Shown: in pieces, positions 12,895-22,782 of the stretch
How the letters are laid out: each line of letters begins with the position of its first letter
Position numbering within the stretch: the first letter of the stretch is position 1
Origin: Escherichia coli O127:H6 str. E2348/69
GTDB lineage: Bacteria > Pseudomonadota > Gammaproteobacteria > Enterobacterales > Enterobacteriaceae
Assembly: GCF_000026545.1 (NCBI RefSeq)
Contig: NC_011601.1
Length of the DNA stretch: 64,000 nucleotides
Direction: 5' to 3' (one strand)
Program-made: the position numbers and the translations under genes
Notes under the pieces: model-generated
Seen by the model: only the letters and a program-made list of their open reading frames with translations
The model's database searches: none
What the model was told of the DNA's origin: nothing

Positions 12895-13233
12895 ATGCTG
12901 AAGCAACGCCGTAATTTTCGTACCGGAACAGAACGCCACGCTAACCGTTTCACTACTAGTGCATCACGCAGCAACATCCGCTACAGCCTGAGTGATACAC
13001 ACGCAACGCCGGATGGCTACCCAGTAAAACAAATCGGCGAGCACGCCTGGCTGATTGAGAAAGCTGGAATCGTGATCCACAAATGCCCACGCAATCCGTT
13101 TACCGGAAACCGCATTTTTGCATTGAGCTGTGGTGACAATCAGTTCGGGCAGGATTTCACATTATACGAAGCACTTCGCACGGTTGATCGTCTGCTTCGC
13201 GGGCAAAGTTTTATTAAACAGGCTGATTTATAA
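12895..13233 (+). CDS. hypothetical early protein
   Basis: 112-aa ORF in early operon. Confidence 0.45.
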   Translation: MLKQRRNFRTGTERHANRFTTSASRSNIRYSLSDTHATPDGYPVKQIGEHAWLIEKAGIVIHKCPRNPFTGNRIFALSCGDNQFGQDFTLYEALRTVDRLLRGQSFIKQADL

Positions 13234-13243
13234 CAGGTGCTTT

Positions 13244-13531
13244 ATGACCAAAGACCATGCACAAGGTGTATTTATCCGTTTTATTGATTTTCGCGGTGAA
13301 CTGTTATTACGTGCATCCGCTATTGACGGAGTGACTCCGGCGGGTAAAAACGGAGCCGACGAAGCCACTTACGTTTATCTGAACGGCACGCGACTGCTTG
13401 CGGAACTTCCGTACCAGACCGTACGAGAAATCATTAGCGAAGCTGAAAAGGCACGCCAGGTTAATGGCGATGAACCCTATATCGAAATTATTTGTATGGA
13501 TTCAGAAGCTGAAATACAGAAAGCAGATTAA
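13244..13531 (+). CDS. hypothetical early protein
   Basis: 95-aa product from MTKDHAQGVF inside the listed 13130..13531 ORF. Confidence 0.45.
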   Translation: MTKDHAQGVFIRFIDFRGELLLRASAIDGVTPAGKNGADEATYVYLNGTRLLAELPYQTVREIISEAEKARQVNGDEPYIEIICMDSEAEIQKAD

Positions 13532-13539
13532 AGGGCGTT

Positions 13540-13785
13540 GTGATGGGCAAAGAATATAAAACTCTCATTAACAAAGCACTTGAGCGTTTTTATTTTCGCT
13601 TAAGTGCATCTGGCGCTCATGCTGAACGTGCGGCCCGTGACTCATTGACCAGAGCAATCCGAAGTCTGTATGACGTGGCTTTTTACGCTGATGATCTGGA
13701 TGCACTTAACGAACTTTCCGAGCTGATCTGTGCCGCAGAATGCGGGGAACATATTGAACCGTATAAGCTGGGAAATATCGCATGA
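13540..13785 (+). CDS. hypothetical early protein
   Basis: 81-aa ORF. Confidence 0.45.
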   Translation: MMGKEYKTLINKALERFYFRLSASGAHAERAARDSLTRAIRSLYDVAFYADDLDALNELSELICAAECGEHIEPYKLGNIA

Positions 13786-13895
13786 GTATATTTATCTCAT
13801 GGCTTGTTCTGATTATTTCGGTGGTCTGCGCCATTGGGATTATGCGAATTATTAATTCAGTAAAAAAGATTGAACGCTTTTTCACTGAAGAATAA
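13782..13895 (+). CDS. small hydrophobic protein (37 aa, one TM helix)
   Basis: ATGA-overlapped with the previous ORF; MSIFISWLVLIISVVCAIGIMRIINSVKKIERFFTEE; below the 60-aa track cutoff, found by eye. Confidence 0.35.
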   Translation: MSIFISWLVLIISVVCAIGIMRIINSVKKIERFFTEE

Positions 13896-13981
13896 CCGCG
13901 CAAATAAGCCCCCAGGTTAAATAAGAAAATGTGAAAACAATCCGCATTCGCGGAGGTATTCGCACACGCCAAGGAGGCGTA

Positions 13982-14185
13982 ATGGCAATTAAGCATTTTC
14001 CTGTCGTTCGTTTCACCTCCAGAGGACGTGAATACGAAGTTGACGAACGCCTGATTACCACAATCGACAAACACCGTTCAGAAAAGGATGCACATCACAT
14101 CTATCTCACTGACGGCACTTACTTCTGCGCCACCAACGTGGTGCAGGTGAATCTTATCAGACAGGTACAGGAGTCACGCAGATGA
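13982..14185 (+). CDS. hypothetical early protein
   Basis: 67-aa product from MAIKHFPVVRF inside the listed 13931..14185 ORF. Confidence 0.4.
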   Translation: MAIKHFPVVRFTSRGREYEVDERLITTIDKHRSEKDAHHIYLTDGTYFCATNVVQVNLIRQVQESRR

Positions 14186-14427
14186 CCATTCTGGACTACA
14201 TCGCTGCCAATCCGGGTTGTAGCGGTGGAGAAATCGCCGCAGCACTGAATACACCAACCACAACCATTAATGCGGAGCTACGCCGTCTCTGGCGCAGCGG
14301 TTCAGTCATAAGAAAAGAGCGCAAAACAGGCGGTCGCTTTTCTTATCAGGTAAACCCGATGCCGTTTGGGTGTAGCAACCCACTAACCCAGATGTTCAAC
14401 CAGCTACTGAGGGAAATCAGAGCATGA
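14182..14427 (+). CDS. hypothetical small protein, possible winged-helix DNA binder
   Basis: 81-aa ORF overlapping the previous stop. Confidence 0.4.
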   Translation: MTILDYIAANPGCSGGEIAAALNTPTTTINAELRRLWRSGSVIRKERKTGGRFSYQVNPMPFGCSNPLTQMFNQLLREIRA

Positions 14428-14568
14428 GCACCTCCAACTGCCGGAAACCACGTCGGGCTTCAGCAGCTCATCCGGCAGCAAAACAAACTCCATTAATTCC
14501 TGTTCCGGGCCTTTCCTGCACCTTGTGGCGGGAGGCCTTCGCACATCTGTAACAAGAGGATTGCCGCA

Positions 14569-14934
14569 ATGATTCTCGCCAACGACTTTCTTGAATACCT
14601 GCTCAACACAGAGCGTGATCTTGCCGTTCGCGTGCGTGAACGTTATGACATGTACCTGAAATCCCTGCCTGTACCGCAGCTCGCTGACGGAAAGATTGTT
14701 ATTGATGGTCGCTACATGATTGACAGCCACGAGGGAAATTACAGGCTTTACCGCATTGAAGGTGGCACCCCGTCCGTTATTGGCATTTACCAGCGCCCAT
14801 CCTCTGCAATCGTCGATGTGATTGCCGACAGCATCCGCATCACACATCGCCATGCCGACACAGAAGACACCGTGCTGGAAATTCAGCGGCTGGCTACAGT
14901 CTGCCGCGACACCCTGAATGGCATGACGAAGTAA
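14569..14934 (+). CDS. hypothetical early protein
   Basis: 121-aa ORF immediately upstream of gene A. Confidence 0.45.
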   Translation: MILANDFLEYLLNTERDLAVRVRERYDMYLKSLPVPQLADGKIVIDGRYMIDSHEGNYRLYRIEGGTPSVIGIYQRPSSAIVDVIADSIRITHRHADTEDTVLEIQRLATVCRDTLNGMTK

Positions 14935-14940
14935 ATCACT

Positions 14941-17763
14941 ATGACGGCAGAGTACATCAGGGACTGGCAACAACCGCGCCACGCAGTGGGGCGTGAAGGA
15001 ACGGGGATCCCCGCTCCTGAATCCGCGCTTTCCTCCTGGCTGGATGCCTACCGGGCAGAGAACGAGCACCGCCAGGAAATGGCTGATGCGGCGTTCTCCG
15101 CCACGCCGCTGGGCAACCTGATTAATAAAAGCCTGGACGCACAGGAAAAACAGGACAAAACCATCACACTGGCAGGAGACGCCAGAAAACAGGCACGCGG
15201 CGCGGTGGATGAAGCCATGGCCTCGCTGCGCCTGCTGCCGTCCTATCTGCGCGATCCGCTTATTCGCCACCTCTCCTTCCTGCGCAAAAAACAGGAAGCC
15301 GATCGTCAGAAAGGAAAAAACGCCAGGCAGGCAGAACGCTATGCGCGTGGGACCCTGCGCAAAATATTCGAACGTCTGGAGCGCACCGATCACCGCTGGC
15401 TGACACCGGGTTATCGCTCCCTTGCCGGACGCGAACGCCTGGACGATTTGCTTTACCTGCCGCAGCTCAACAAACACCAGATAAAGACGCTGGCAACCAT
15501 GACGGCGGCGATGTTCAGCAGCACCTTCGAAAAACTCTGCGATGGCTTTGGCGCGACCGATGGCGAGCTGACCATGGATGTAACCCTGAAGGCGTATCAG
15601 ATGCTGGCCCGCATGGCGTTACACCTGCACGCCATGCCTCCACATTATGACGCACTGACAACAGACAAAGACCGGAGGAACGAACCGGACACGGAGCTGC
15701 TGCCGGGCGCAATCCTTCGCCTGACCTGTGCGGAATGGTGGAAACGCAAACTGTGGCTGTTACGTTGCGAGTGGAGAGAAGAACAACTCCGCGCCGCCTG
15801 TCTGGTTTCCAGAAAAACATCGCCCTATCTGAGCCAGGACGCGTTAAGCGAGTTTCGCGCACAGCGCGAGAAAACACGCGATTTCCTGAAAAGTTTCATG
15901 CTGGAAAACGAAGACGGGTTCACGATTGATCTCGAGACAGTGTATTACGCGGGAGTAAGTAACCCGGTTCACCGTAAGGCAGAAATGATGGCCACCATGA
16001 AGGGACTGGAACTTCTGGCCGAAGCCCGTGGCGACAGAGCGGTGTTTCTGACTGTCACCTGCCCGTCAAAATACCACGCAACAACGGAGAACGGTCATCC
16101 GAACCCCAAATGGAACGGGGCCACCATGCGCGACTCCAGCGATTACCTGGTTAACACGTTTTTTGCGGCGGTCCGCAAAAAACTGAACCGCGACGGCCTG
16201 CGCTGGTATGGCATCCGCACGGTGGAGCCTCACCATGACGGCACCGTGCACTGGCATATGATGGTCTTTGCTCATCCGGAAGAAATCGACAGCATCGTGA
16301 CCATCACCCGCGATATTGCCATTCAGGAAGACCGCCACGAGCTGGGCAATGATATTACTCCGCGCTTTAAGGTGGAGTACGTCGACGGCACCAAAGGCAC
16401 GCCAACCAGCTACATCGCCACCTACATCGGAAAAAACCTGGACAGCCGCGCCGTGGATGGCATCGACCCGAAAACGGGCAAACCACGCGTTGACCACGAA
16501 ACCGGAAAATCAATGGCCGAGAGCGTGGAGCGCGCCATCGGTTGGGCACGCCTTCACCGGGTCCGCCAGTTCCAGTTCTTTGGCATCCCCTCCCGTCAGG
16601 TGTGGCGTGAACTCCGCCGCCTTGCCAGCCAGATGGCACGCAACCCGGAAGGCCCGCAACGGCTGAAGGATGACGCAATGGATGCGGTACTCGCTGCCGC
16701 TGATGCCGGATGTTTTGCCACCTACATAGAGAAACAGGGCGGTGTACTTGTTCCACGCAAAGACTACCTGATTCGCACCGCCTACGACCTCGCCGATGAG
16801 CTGAACGATTACGGCGAACAGAGTGTACAGATTTACGGGATCTGGTCACCACTCATCGGGGAATCCTCCCGTGTGTGCACGCACCCGGATAACTGGAAGC
16901 TGGTAAGACGTAAACCGGAACAGGAAGGCAGCGCCCACGAAAATGGTTTTGACCTTCAGGGCGGCCCTGCCGCCCCTTGGACTCGTGGCAATAACTGTCC
17001 CCGTGTACAGGAAACGGACAACAACGGGACAGAACAGCCGGAAGAACGGCCAGCACCGTGGCCGCAGCTCCCTGACGGCGTTGAAGTGAACGAATGGGTG
17101 CGCTCACTGAAACGGCACGAACGCCGGGCGCTGATGCGTTCGCTTCGTGACAAACAGGCAAAAAACAGCAGTGATGAAATGCAGAGCTGGACACAGAGCC
17201 GCAAACAGCAGCGGCCTTTGCCTGATAACCACGAATTACTCGCTAAAGAATGGCGGGAGTCTGCTGAATCTCTCGGCCTGCATATCGGTGAACAGCAGAT
17301 GCAGCACCTGTTACGGGGCGGCAGCCTGTACGTTGACGGCAGCATCATTGCACCGCAGGGATATGAAATTGTACGTAAACCGGATACCCGCCCGGACAGC
17401 CGAATCACGCAGCTCTGGCAACGCCTGAGCCGTAACCACGGCGTAAGCAGCACGGAGATCCGCCATAACCCGGTCGCCAGCTATCTGGAACAACTAGGGG
17501 CATCAGACCCTGAAGCCGCCGCACGCCTGGCATCCACACTTCAGCAAGACCAGAACACCATGAAAACACCCGTTACCGTACTTTCTGACATGCTGCGCGC
17601 CATCCGCGACGCAGAGCACGAACAGAGAATCAGTGAAACAACTGAACGCGCCCGCCGCAAAGCAGACCTGCTGCGGGGTGGCCTGACCAGTGGAAACAAA
17701 AAACAGACAAAAACGGGATTCACAAATCCCGTAAATGAGCAAAAAACGCGCCGCGATATATGA
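14941..17763 (+). CDS. A: replication initiation endonuclease, P2 gpA family (rolling-circle initiator)
   Basis: 940-aa ORF; HHDGTVHWHMMVF (HUH-type) and YIATYIGKN (catalytic Tyr) motifs; about 180 aa longer than P2 A. Confidence 0.85.
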   Translation: MTAEYIRDWQQPRHAVGREGTGIPAPESALSSWLDAYRAENEHRQEMADAAFSATPLGNLINKSLDAQEKQDKTITLAGDARKQARGAVDEAMASLRLLPSYLRDPLIRHLSFLRKKQEADRQKGKNARQAERYARGTLRKIFERLERTDHRWLTPGYRSLAGRERLDDLLYLPQLNKHQIKTLATMTAAMFSSTFEKLCDGFGATDGELTMDVTLKAYQMLARMALHLHAMPPHYDALTTDKDRRNEPDTELLPGAILRLTCAEWWKRKLWLLRCEWREEQLRAACLVSRKTSPYLSQDALSEFRAQREKTRDFLKSFMLENEDGFTIDLETVYYAGVSNPVHRKAEMMATMKGLELLAEARGDRAVFLTVTCPSKYHATTENGHPNPKWNGATMRDSSDYLVNTFFAAVRKKLNRDGLRWYGIRTVEPHHDGTVHWHMMVFAHPEEIDSIVTITRDIAIQEDRHELGNDITPRFKVEYVDGTKGTPTSYIATYIGKNLDSRAVDGIDPKTGKPRVDHETGKSMAESVERAIGWARLHRVRQFQFFGIPSRQVWRELRRLASQMARNPEGPQRLKDDAMDAVLAAADAGCFATYIEKQGGVLVPRKDYLIRTAYDLADELNDYGEQSVQIYGIWSPLIGESSRVCTHPDNWKLVRRKPEQEGSAHENGFDLQGGPAAPWTRGNNCPRVQETDNNGTEQPEERPAPWPQLPDGVEVNEWVRSLKRHERRALMRSLRDKQAKNSSDEMQSWTQSRKQQRPLPDNHELLAKEWRESAESLGLHIGEQQMQHLLRGGSLYVDGSIIAPQGYEIVRKPDTRPDSRITQLWQRLSRNHGVSSTEIRHNPVASYLEQLGASDPEAAARLASTLQQDQNTMKTPVTVLSDMLRAIRDAEHEQRISETTERARRKADLLRGGLTSGNKKQTKTGFTNPVNEQKTRRDI

Positions 17764-17808
17764 AGCGCGCACAAAACAGGCGAAAACGGGATTTAAAAAT
17801 CCTGTAAC
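17707..17808. repeat. two copies of a roughly 28-bp element, each with an internal hairpin (acgggatt-N-aatcccgt)
   Basis: acaaaaacgggattcacaaatcccgtaa at 17707..17734 and gcgaaaacgggatttaaaaatcctgtaa at 17781..17808, spanning the gene A stop and the parM-like start. Confidence 0.6.
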
Positions 17809-17839
17809 CGATTAATTAATCAACATAAGGAAAAGCGAC

Positions 17840-18799
17840 ATGAAAATTTGTATCGACGACGGCTCCACCAACATCAAGCTGGCATGGACTGAGAACGGCG
17901 AACACCGCAACGCCATCAGCCCGAACAGCTTCAAGTCGGAATGGTCTGCGCCGTTCGGTGGCACGCAGCCCGCGAACTACATGCTTGATGGCGTGCGCTA
18001 TGGTTTTGATCCGGTCAGCGATCGCTTTGTCCAGACGACCGACACGCAATACCAGTACAGCGATGTGAATGTCATTGCCATTCATCATGCGCTGGTCAAA
18101 TCAGGCATCACGCCACAGGAGGTGGATGTGGTTGTCACCCTGCCACTGAGCGAGTATTTCGACACAAACGCACAGCCGGACATGGCCAACATCAACCGCA
18201 AAAAAGCGAACGTTATGCGCCCGGTGGAGTACCAAAACGGCGAGGCATTCACTATCCGTAACGTGCGGGTTATGCCTGAATCCATTCCGGCTGGCTTTAA
18301 AGCACTGGCTGACATGAGTCCGTTTGAATCCCTGCTGATTGTGGATTTGGGCGGAACCACGCTGGATGTGGCAAAGGTTCAGGGGCAACTGGCAGGTATC
18401 AGCCAGGTGTTTTGCGATCCACACGTAGGCGTTTCTCTGATGGCCGATGCCGTGCTGTCGGTGATGGCCACCAACGGTATGCGCACCAGTCACCACATCG
18501 CCAATACCATTATCGAACATCGCCACGATGAAGCCTGGCTGCGCCAGCACATCCACAATGACGCGCATTACGCCAGCCTGATGGCAGTTATTCGTGAAAA
18601 GGAGGAAACACTGAAACAACGCGTGATCCGCGCGCTGGCGGTTTTTTCGGGTTACGGGCGGGTGATGGTTGTCGGTGGAGGGGCGGAGATTGTGGCACCC
18701 GCTATCCGCGAAGCCTGCGGAGTTAATGCGACTTTCATCGCGGACGGGGTGCCACAGTTTGCTCTGGTTAATGGGCTGTACGCAATGGACAAGGAGTAA
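17840..18799 (+). CDS. ParM/StbA-type actin-like segregation ATPase
   Basis: 319-aa ORF; N-terminus MKICIDDGSTNIKLAWTE and the segments YSDVNVIAIHHAL, VMPESIPAG, LLIVDLGGTTLD, VMVVGGGAE parallel plasmid R1 ParM (StbA) along the whole length. Confidence 0.8.
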   Translation: MKICIDDGSTNIKLAWTENGEHRNAISPNSFKSEWSAPFGGTQPANYMLDGVRYGFDPVSDRFVQTTDTQYQYSDVNVIAIHHALVKSGITPQEVDVVVTLPLSEYFDTNAQPDMANINRKKANVMRPVEYQNGEAFTIRNVRVMPESIPAGFKALADMSPFESLLIVDLGGTTLDVAKVQGQLAGISQVFCDPHVGVSLMADAVLSVMATNGMRTSHHIANTIIEHRHDEAWLRQHIHNDAHYASLMAVIREKEETLKQRVIRALAVFSGYGRVMVVGGGAEIVAPAIREACGVNATFIADGVPQFALVNGLYAMDKE

Positions 18800-18803
18800 A
18801 CCA

Positions 18804-19115
18804 ATGACGACTCCAACCAGACGGATAAGTTTCTATCTGAAGCCCACCGCCGTCAAGAACGAAGGAGAAGCATGCGCCTGGCTGGACAGCCTTACACCAG
18901 AAGCCCGCAAAAGCGGCCAACGCGTGGCTTTTCTGGCCGGGCTGGCACTTCTGAAAATGAATCCGGCAGAGGCTTACCGACTGGCTGCATGGGCTGATGA
19001 TGAGGTGTTATCAGTGACACAAACCAAGACAGAACGCCCCGCGTCACAGCCAGTATCAACCGCACAGATAACCAGTCAGATGGCCGGAAATATCCGGGCG
19101 TTATTTCCTGAATAA
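18804..19115 (+). CDS. ParR/StbB-like adaptor protein
   Basis: 103-aa product from MTTPTRRISFYLKP inside the listed 18669..19115 ORF; N-terminal region parallels R1 ParR (RRxIxFxLxP ... LDS ... AGLAL); follows the parM-like gene. Confidence 0.6.
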   Translation: MTTPTRRISFYLKPTAVKNEGEACAWLDSLTPEARKSGQRVAFLAGLALLKMNPAEAYRLAAWADDEVLSVTQTKTERPASQPVSTAQITSQMAGNIRALFPE

Positions 19116-19493
19116 CATCAGGGCGTATTCGCCCTGCCACCAATCCCATAACATAAAGAACGGGGTGCAAATCACTATACACCCCGTTCCAATACAAACC
19201 ATCAGAAGATCTACACATCTTTCTCAAATGGCCAAGTAATCGAGCTGGTTCAGGAATAAGCATGCTGCCAACACAAGTGAAGGAGATAAAACTGTAGAAC
19301 TGATCAATCGTTGGAAACAAGTATTGACAGTATGTTCGAGTAACCCAACTGGATAGATTTTATGCTGATTATCCATACAGTAAAAAAGTAAGGATACTCT
19401 TTGAATTACGCCAGCAAGAGTGGTAACATTAGTCAATGATTTTCATTAATGTAGTTACCAGCTTACACAAGCTGATGTTTTATTGGGGGTTTT

Positions 19494-20576
19494 ATGGTAA
19501 ACGTGAGGGAGGATGAACTTTTCAAACTCATCGAGCAAGGCATCAAAGGCAACGCAAATGCATTTACACTCCTATGCAGAAAGATGATTAACAACATCCG
19601 TAAAAATGATGAGGCTTTAGCTTCTAAGCTGGCTTCGTTAGTTGCTGAGGGAACAGTATTACGTGGGGCATCTAGTAAGGCTCCTATGCCTGTGGATGGA
19701 GACTCCAGACGAAACCTTTTGCAGGAAACATCTGTCAACGCAATTGTTGAAGAACCTGTATGGAATACGGATATCTCAAAGAAGCTGGAGTCAATTGTTA
19801 ACGAAAGAGAGAATGCGGTTTCTTTGTTCAAAGCTGGTCTTGAACCTGTGAAGACGGTTTTACTTTCTGGCCCGCCAGGCGTAGGCAAAACAATGTCCGC
19901 ACATTGGCTTGCTGCAAAGTTAAATTTACCTCTTTTAACATTGGATCTCTCATCTGTAATGAGTTCTCTTTTGGGAAAAACAGGTAATAATATTAAATCC
20001 GTTATGGATTATGCCAAAGAGAAACCATGTGTCCTTTTGCTTGATGAATTTGATGCTGTTGCAAAAAGACGTGATGATGACAGGGACGTTGGAGAATTAA
20101 AACGTTTAGTTACTGTACTCCTACAGACCATAGATGAGTGGCCAGCGACCTCGCTTCTTGTTGCTGCGACTAATCACCCTGATATCTTAGATCCGGCTGT
20201 TTGGCGTCGATTTGAGCACATCCTTAAATTTAATATGCCATCAGTAGAACTGATAGATAGATATTTAGTCAATCATAATATTGAACCTGAACTATCTAAA
20301 AAACTTGCACCATTATTAGATGGCATGTCCTTTGCCATCATTAACCGTATTTTGAATTTCTCCAAAAAGAATGAGGTACTTAGAAATATTCCATTTGAAA
20401 GCTCATTAATAGAAGCCGTAATTACGGAGAGGGTTTCATTGGATGAGTTTAGCGATAATGATCTCAATATAATTAAATATCATTTTGACGGTTTTTCAAA
20501 TAGGAAGATAGCTGAATTAGTTGGTGTTTCACATCCAACAATCGCGAATAAATTACAAAAGTGGGGGATTAAATGA
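19494..20576 (+). CDS. AAA+ ATPase with C-terminal HTH-like segment (candidate defence component A)
   Basis: 360-aa ORF; Walker A LLSGPPGVGKT, Walker B VLLLDEFDAV, sensor-1/Arg-finger ATNHPDILDPAVWRRF; C-terminal NRKIAELVGVSHPTIANKL; AT-rich codon usage. Confidence 0.8.
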   Translation: MVNVREDELFKLIEQGIKGNANAFTLLCRKMINNIRKNDEALASKLASLVAEGTVLRGASSKAPMPVDGDSRRNLLQETSVNAIVEEPVWNTDISKKLESIVNERENAVSLFKAGLEPVKTVLLSGPPGVGKTMSAHWLAAKLNLPLLTLDLSSVMSSLLGKTGNNIKSVMDYAKEKPCVLLLDEFDAVAKRRDDDRDVGELKRLVTVLLQTIDEWPATSLLVAATNHPDILDPAVWRRFEHILKFNMPSVELIDRYLVNHNIEPELSKKLAPLLDGMSFAIINRILNFSKKNEVLRNIPFESSLIEAVITERVSLDEFSDNDLNIIKYHFDGFSNRKIAELVGVSHPTIANKLQKWGIK

Positions 20577-22777
20577 TGGAAAGGAACTTACTTTTAGGTA
20601 ACGGTCATGTTCTGACAAAAAAGGAACCTTTGCCTAAAGGAAGGGATGGTAAGCGCTATCCCTATACTCTTGAAGAAGTAAGGGAGCATTTAAACCCAGA
20701 GATTGATACTTTACTCTCACGCTTTCGCAGTTTGGATGATGCGGCTAAGCCAAGGGGGGAGAGTGTATTCAATTTAACTTTACACCCAGCGTTTTTGGGT
20801 AAAAGCTACTTTCCGGAAGGATTGCTTAGAGCGACAGGTTTACGGGATGTCGGCAGCCGTCAGGTAATCATTCGCCCACGGAAAGCGGCACGTCAGTGCG
20901 ATCAGAATAAGGACTTAGTAACGGCGCAACTGTTTGTTAGCGGTGATGATGATGCCGTTATAAGATTTAAGGAAATTTTAAATTCCCCTACAGCTCCGAA
21001 GGGCGTACAAAAGGATTTGATCGAAATTGAAAGTGTTAGCTTTTTTGAAGGAAAAGAGAGAGCACGCAATTTTGAGCATGCGAAAAGTGATTTGATAAAA
21101 TTTGAAGTGGTTCTTCATGCTGGGGTTGAAGACGATGATATCGTTAAAGCCTATATTAGCTATGCGGCACAATATGATGTCTCTGTTGATTACAAAAGTA
21201 GAATCCAAGTTGGTGGGCTGACTTTCATCGTTGCACACGCGCGACCTGAAGATATGAAAAAAACACTCGATTTTTCATTAATCCGCGTTGTGCGGCCGAT
21301 GCCGTCTCTCAGGTGTACTCAGCCGAACATTGTCAGAAAGTTATCTAATATAGTTACACCGGAGCTCCCTAATTCTAAAGCTGTTCTTGAATCCGAACGT
21401 ATTGCCATTTTTGATGGTGGCTTGGGGACAGCTGACTTGAGTAATTGGGTTACGGAATACGTGTATCCAGACACCAAAGAAACAAGCGGATTATTATTGC
21501 AGCACGGTAATGAAGTGACATCCACTTTCTTATTCGGACGTGTCGAGGAAAATGCACCTTCTTTTAAAAGACCGTTTATGAATGTAGATCATTATAGAGT
21601 TCTTTCACCGACATCAGGTGACAATGGCAATTGGGATTTATTTGATGTCCTTAAGAAAATACAGTCCGTTCTTGATAGTGGTGACTATAAGTTCGCTAAT
21701 CTAAGTATTGGTCCTCATCTTCCAATTGGTGATGATGAGGTTCATGTATGGACTGCTGTTTTAGACCAAATCTGTGCTAAGCATGGGATATTACTTACTG
21801 TTGCTGTTGGGAATGATGGCAATGAGGACGGTGATGCAGCGAGAATACAACCTCCTTCCGATATGGTAAACGCGCTAGCGATTGGTGCTGCTGATCGTAG
21901 CGGTGAAAAATGGGGGCGGGCACCATATAGCTGTATTGGGCCAGGCAGAAGCCCCGGATTCGTTAAACCTGATGGTGTTATTTTTGGTGGAAGCGACGAC
22001 GAGCCTTTTTACACTTACAACCCTCTGCTTGGTTCTATAGTTGGAGTTCAAGGAACCAGTTATGCCTCTCCATTAGCATTGAGAACGGCCGCTGGAGTTG
22101 CGGCTCTATCAGGAACTCCATTGAACACCATTGCATTGAAAGCGTTGCTTGTTCATCATGCTGAAACATCAAGAAAATATTCGCGTGAACATATCGGTTG
22201 GGGACGGTTTAGTGAGGATCCTAACGTTTTAATCGATTGTCCAAATGATACTGCTACAGTAATTTACTATGGTTCATTAGCAAAAAATAAATATTTAAGG
22301 GCACCGATCCCATTCCCTGATGTTCCCTTTGACGAAGCATTTGAGCTTACCGCTACTTTATGCATTCAAACCCCAGTAGATCCTGAACATTCAGTAAACT
22401 ATACAAGGGCCGGTATGCAGGTAACTTTCCGCCCAAGATTCGGCCTTGACGATACCGATACAGATGATTTCTTTGGTCAAAAAAGCCAGTATAAGACTGA
22501 AAGGGAGTGTAGGAGTGAAGGTCATAAGTGGGAAACTTGTTTGCACAGAAGCAAAAAGTTCAGTGCTGATACATTATTAAGCGATCCAGTTTTTGATATA
22601 CGGTATCATGCCCGAGATTCTTCGCGCCATGTTAAGGGAGTTTCAGCCCCTGATATGCAATATGCGATGGTAATAAGCGTAAGGGTAAAAGACTTTGATT
22701 TATATAATGTTATTCGCCAGCGATATACAATTCTGAATCCTATTCAACTGCGCACACAAATTTCTCTCGACACGTAA
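20573..22777 (+). CDS. subtilisin-like S8 serine peptidase, large multidomain, no signal peptide (candidate defence component B)
   Basis: 734-aa ORF, ATGA-overlapped with the ATPase gene; S8 motifs in order: Asp IAIFDGGLG, His LLQHGNEV, Asn VAVGNDGNEDG, Ser GVQGTSYASPLAL; about 260-aa N-terminal and 200-aa C-terminal extra regions. Confidence 0.8.
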   Translation: MMERNLLLGNGHVLTKKEPLPKGRDGKRYPYTLEEVREHLNPEIDTLLSRFRSLDDAAKPRGESVFNLTLHPAFLGKSYFPEGLLRATGLRDVGSRQVIIRPRKAARQCDQNKDLVTAQLFVSGDDDAVIRFKEILNSPTAPKGVQKDLIEIESVSFFEGKERARNFEHAKSDLIKFEVVLHAGVEDDDIVKAYISYAAQYDVSVDYKSRIQVGGLTFIVAHARPEDMKKTLDFSLIRVVRPMPSLRCTQPNIVRKLSNIVTPELPNSKAVLESERIAIFDGGLGTADLSNWVTEYVYPDTKETSGLLLQHGNEVTSTFLFGRVEENAPSFKRPFMNVDHYRVLSPTSGDNGNWDLFDVLKKIQSVLDSGDYKFANLSIGPHLPIGDDEVHVWTAVLDQICAKHGILLTVAVGNDGNEDGDAARIQPPSDMVNALAIGAADRSGEKWGRAPYSCIGPGRSPGFVKPDGVIFGGSDDEPFYTYNPLLGSIVGVQGTSYASPLALRTAAGVAALSGTPLNTIALKALLVHHAETSRKYSREHIGWGRFSEDPNVLIDCPNDTATVIYYGSLAKNKYLRAPIPFPDVPFDEAFELTATLCIQTPVDPEHSVNYTRAGMQVTFRPRFGLDDTDTDDFFGQKSQYKTERECRSEGHKWETCLHRSKKFSADTLLSDPVFDIRYHARDSSRHVKGVSAPDMQYAMVISVRVKDFDLYNVIRQRYTILNPIQLRTQISLDT

Positions 22778-22782
22778 TTTTT

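Noticed and set aside
15515-17774. Minus-strand ORFs up to 165 aa inside replication gene A
   Set aside because: Antisense to a long, motif-supported CDS; Arg/Cys/Ser-rich translations without motifs; artefacts of the GC-rich third position.
19224-19436. 70-aa minus-strand ORF in the AT-rich leader of the ATPase/protease operon
   Set aside because: No RBS or motif, and AT-rich non-coding DNA readily yields ORFs of this size; cannot be supported without expression data.
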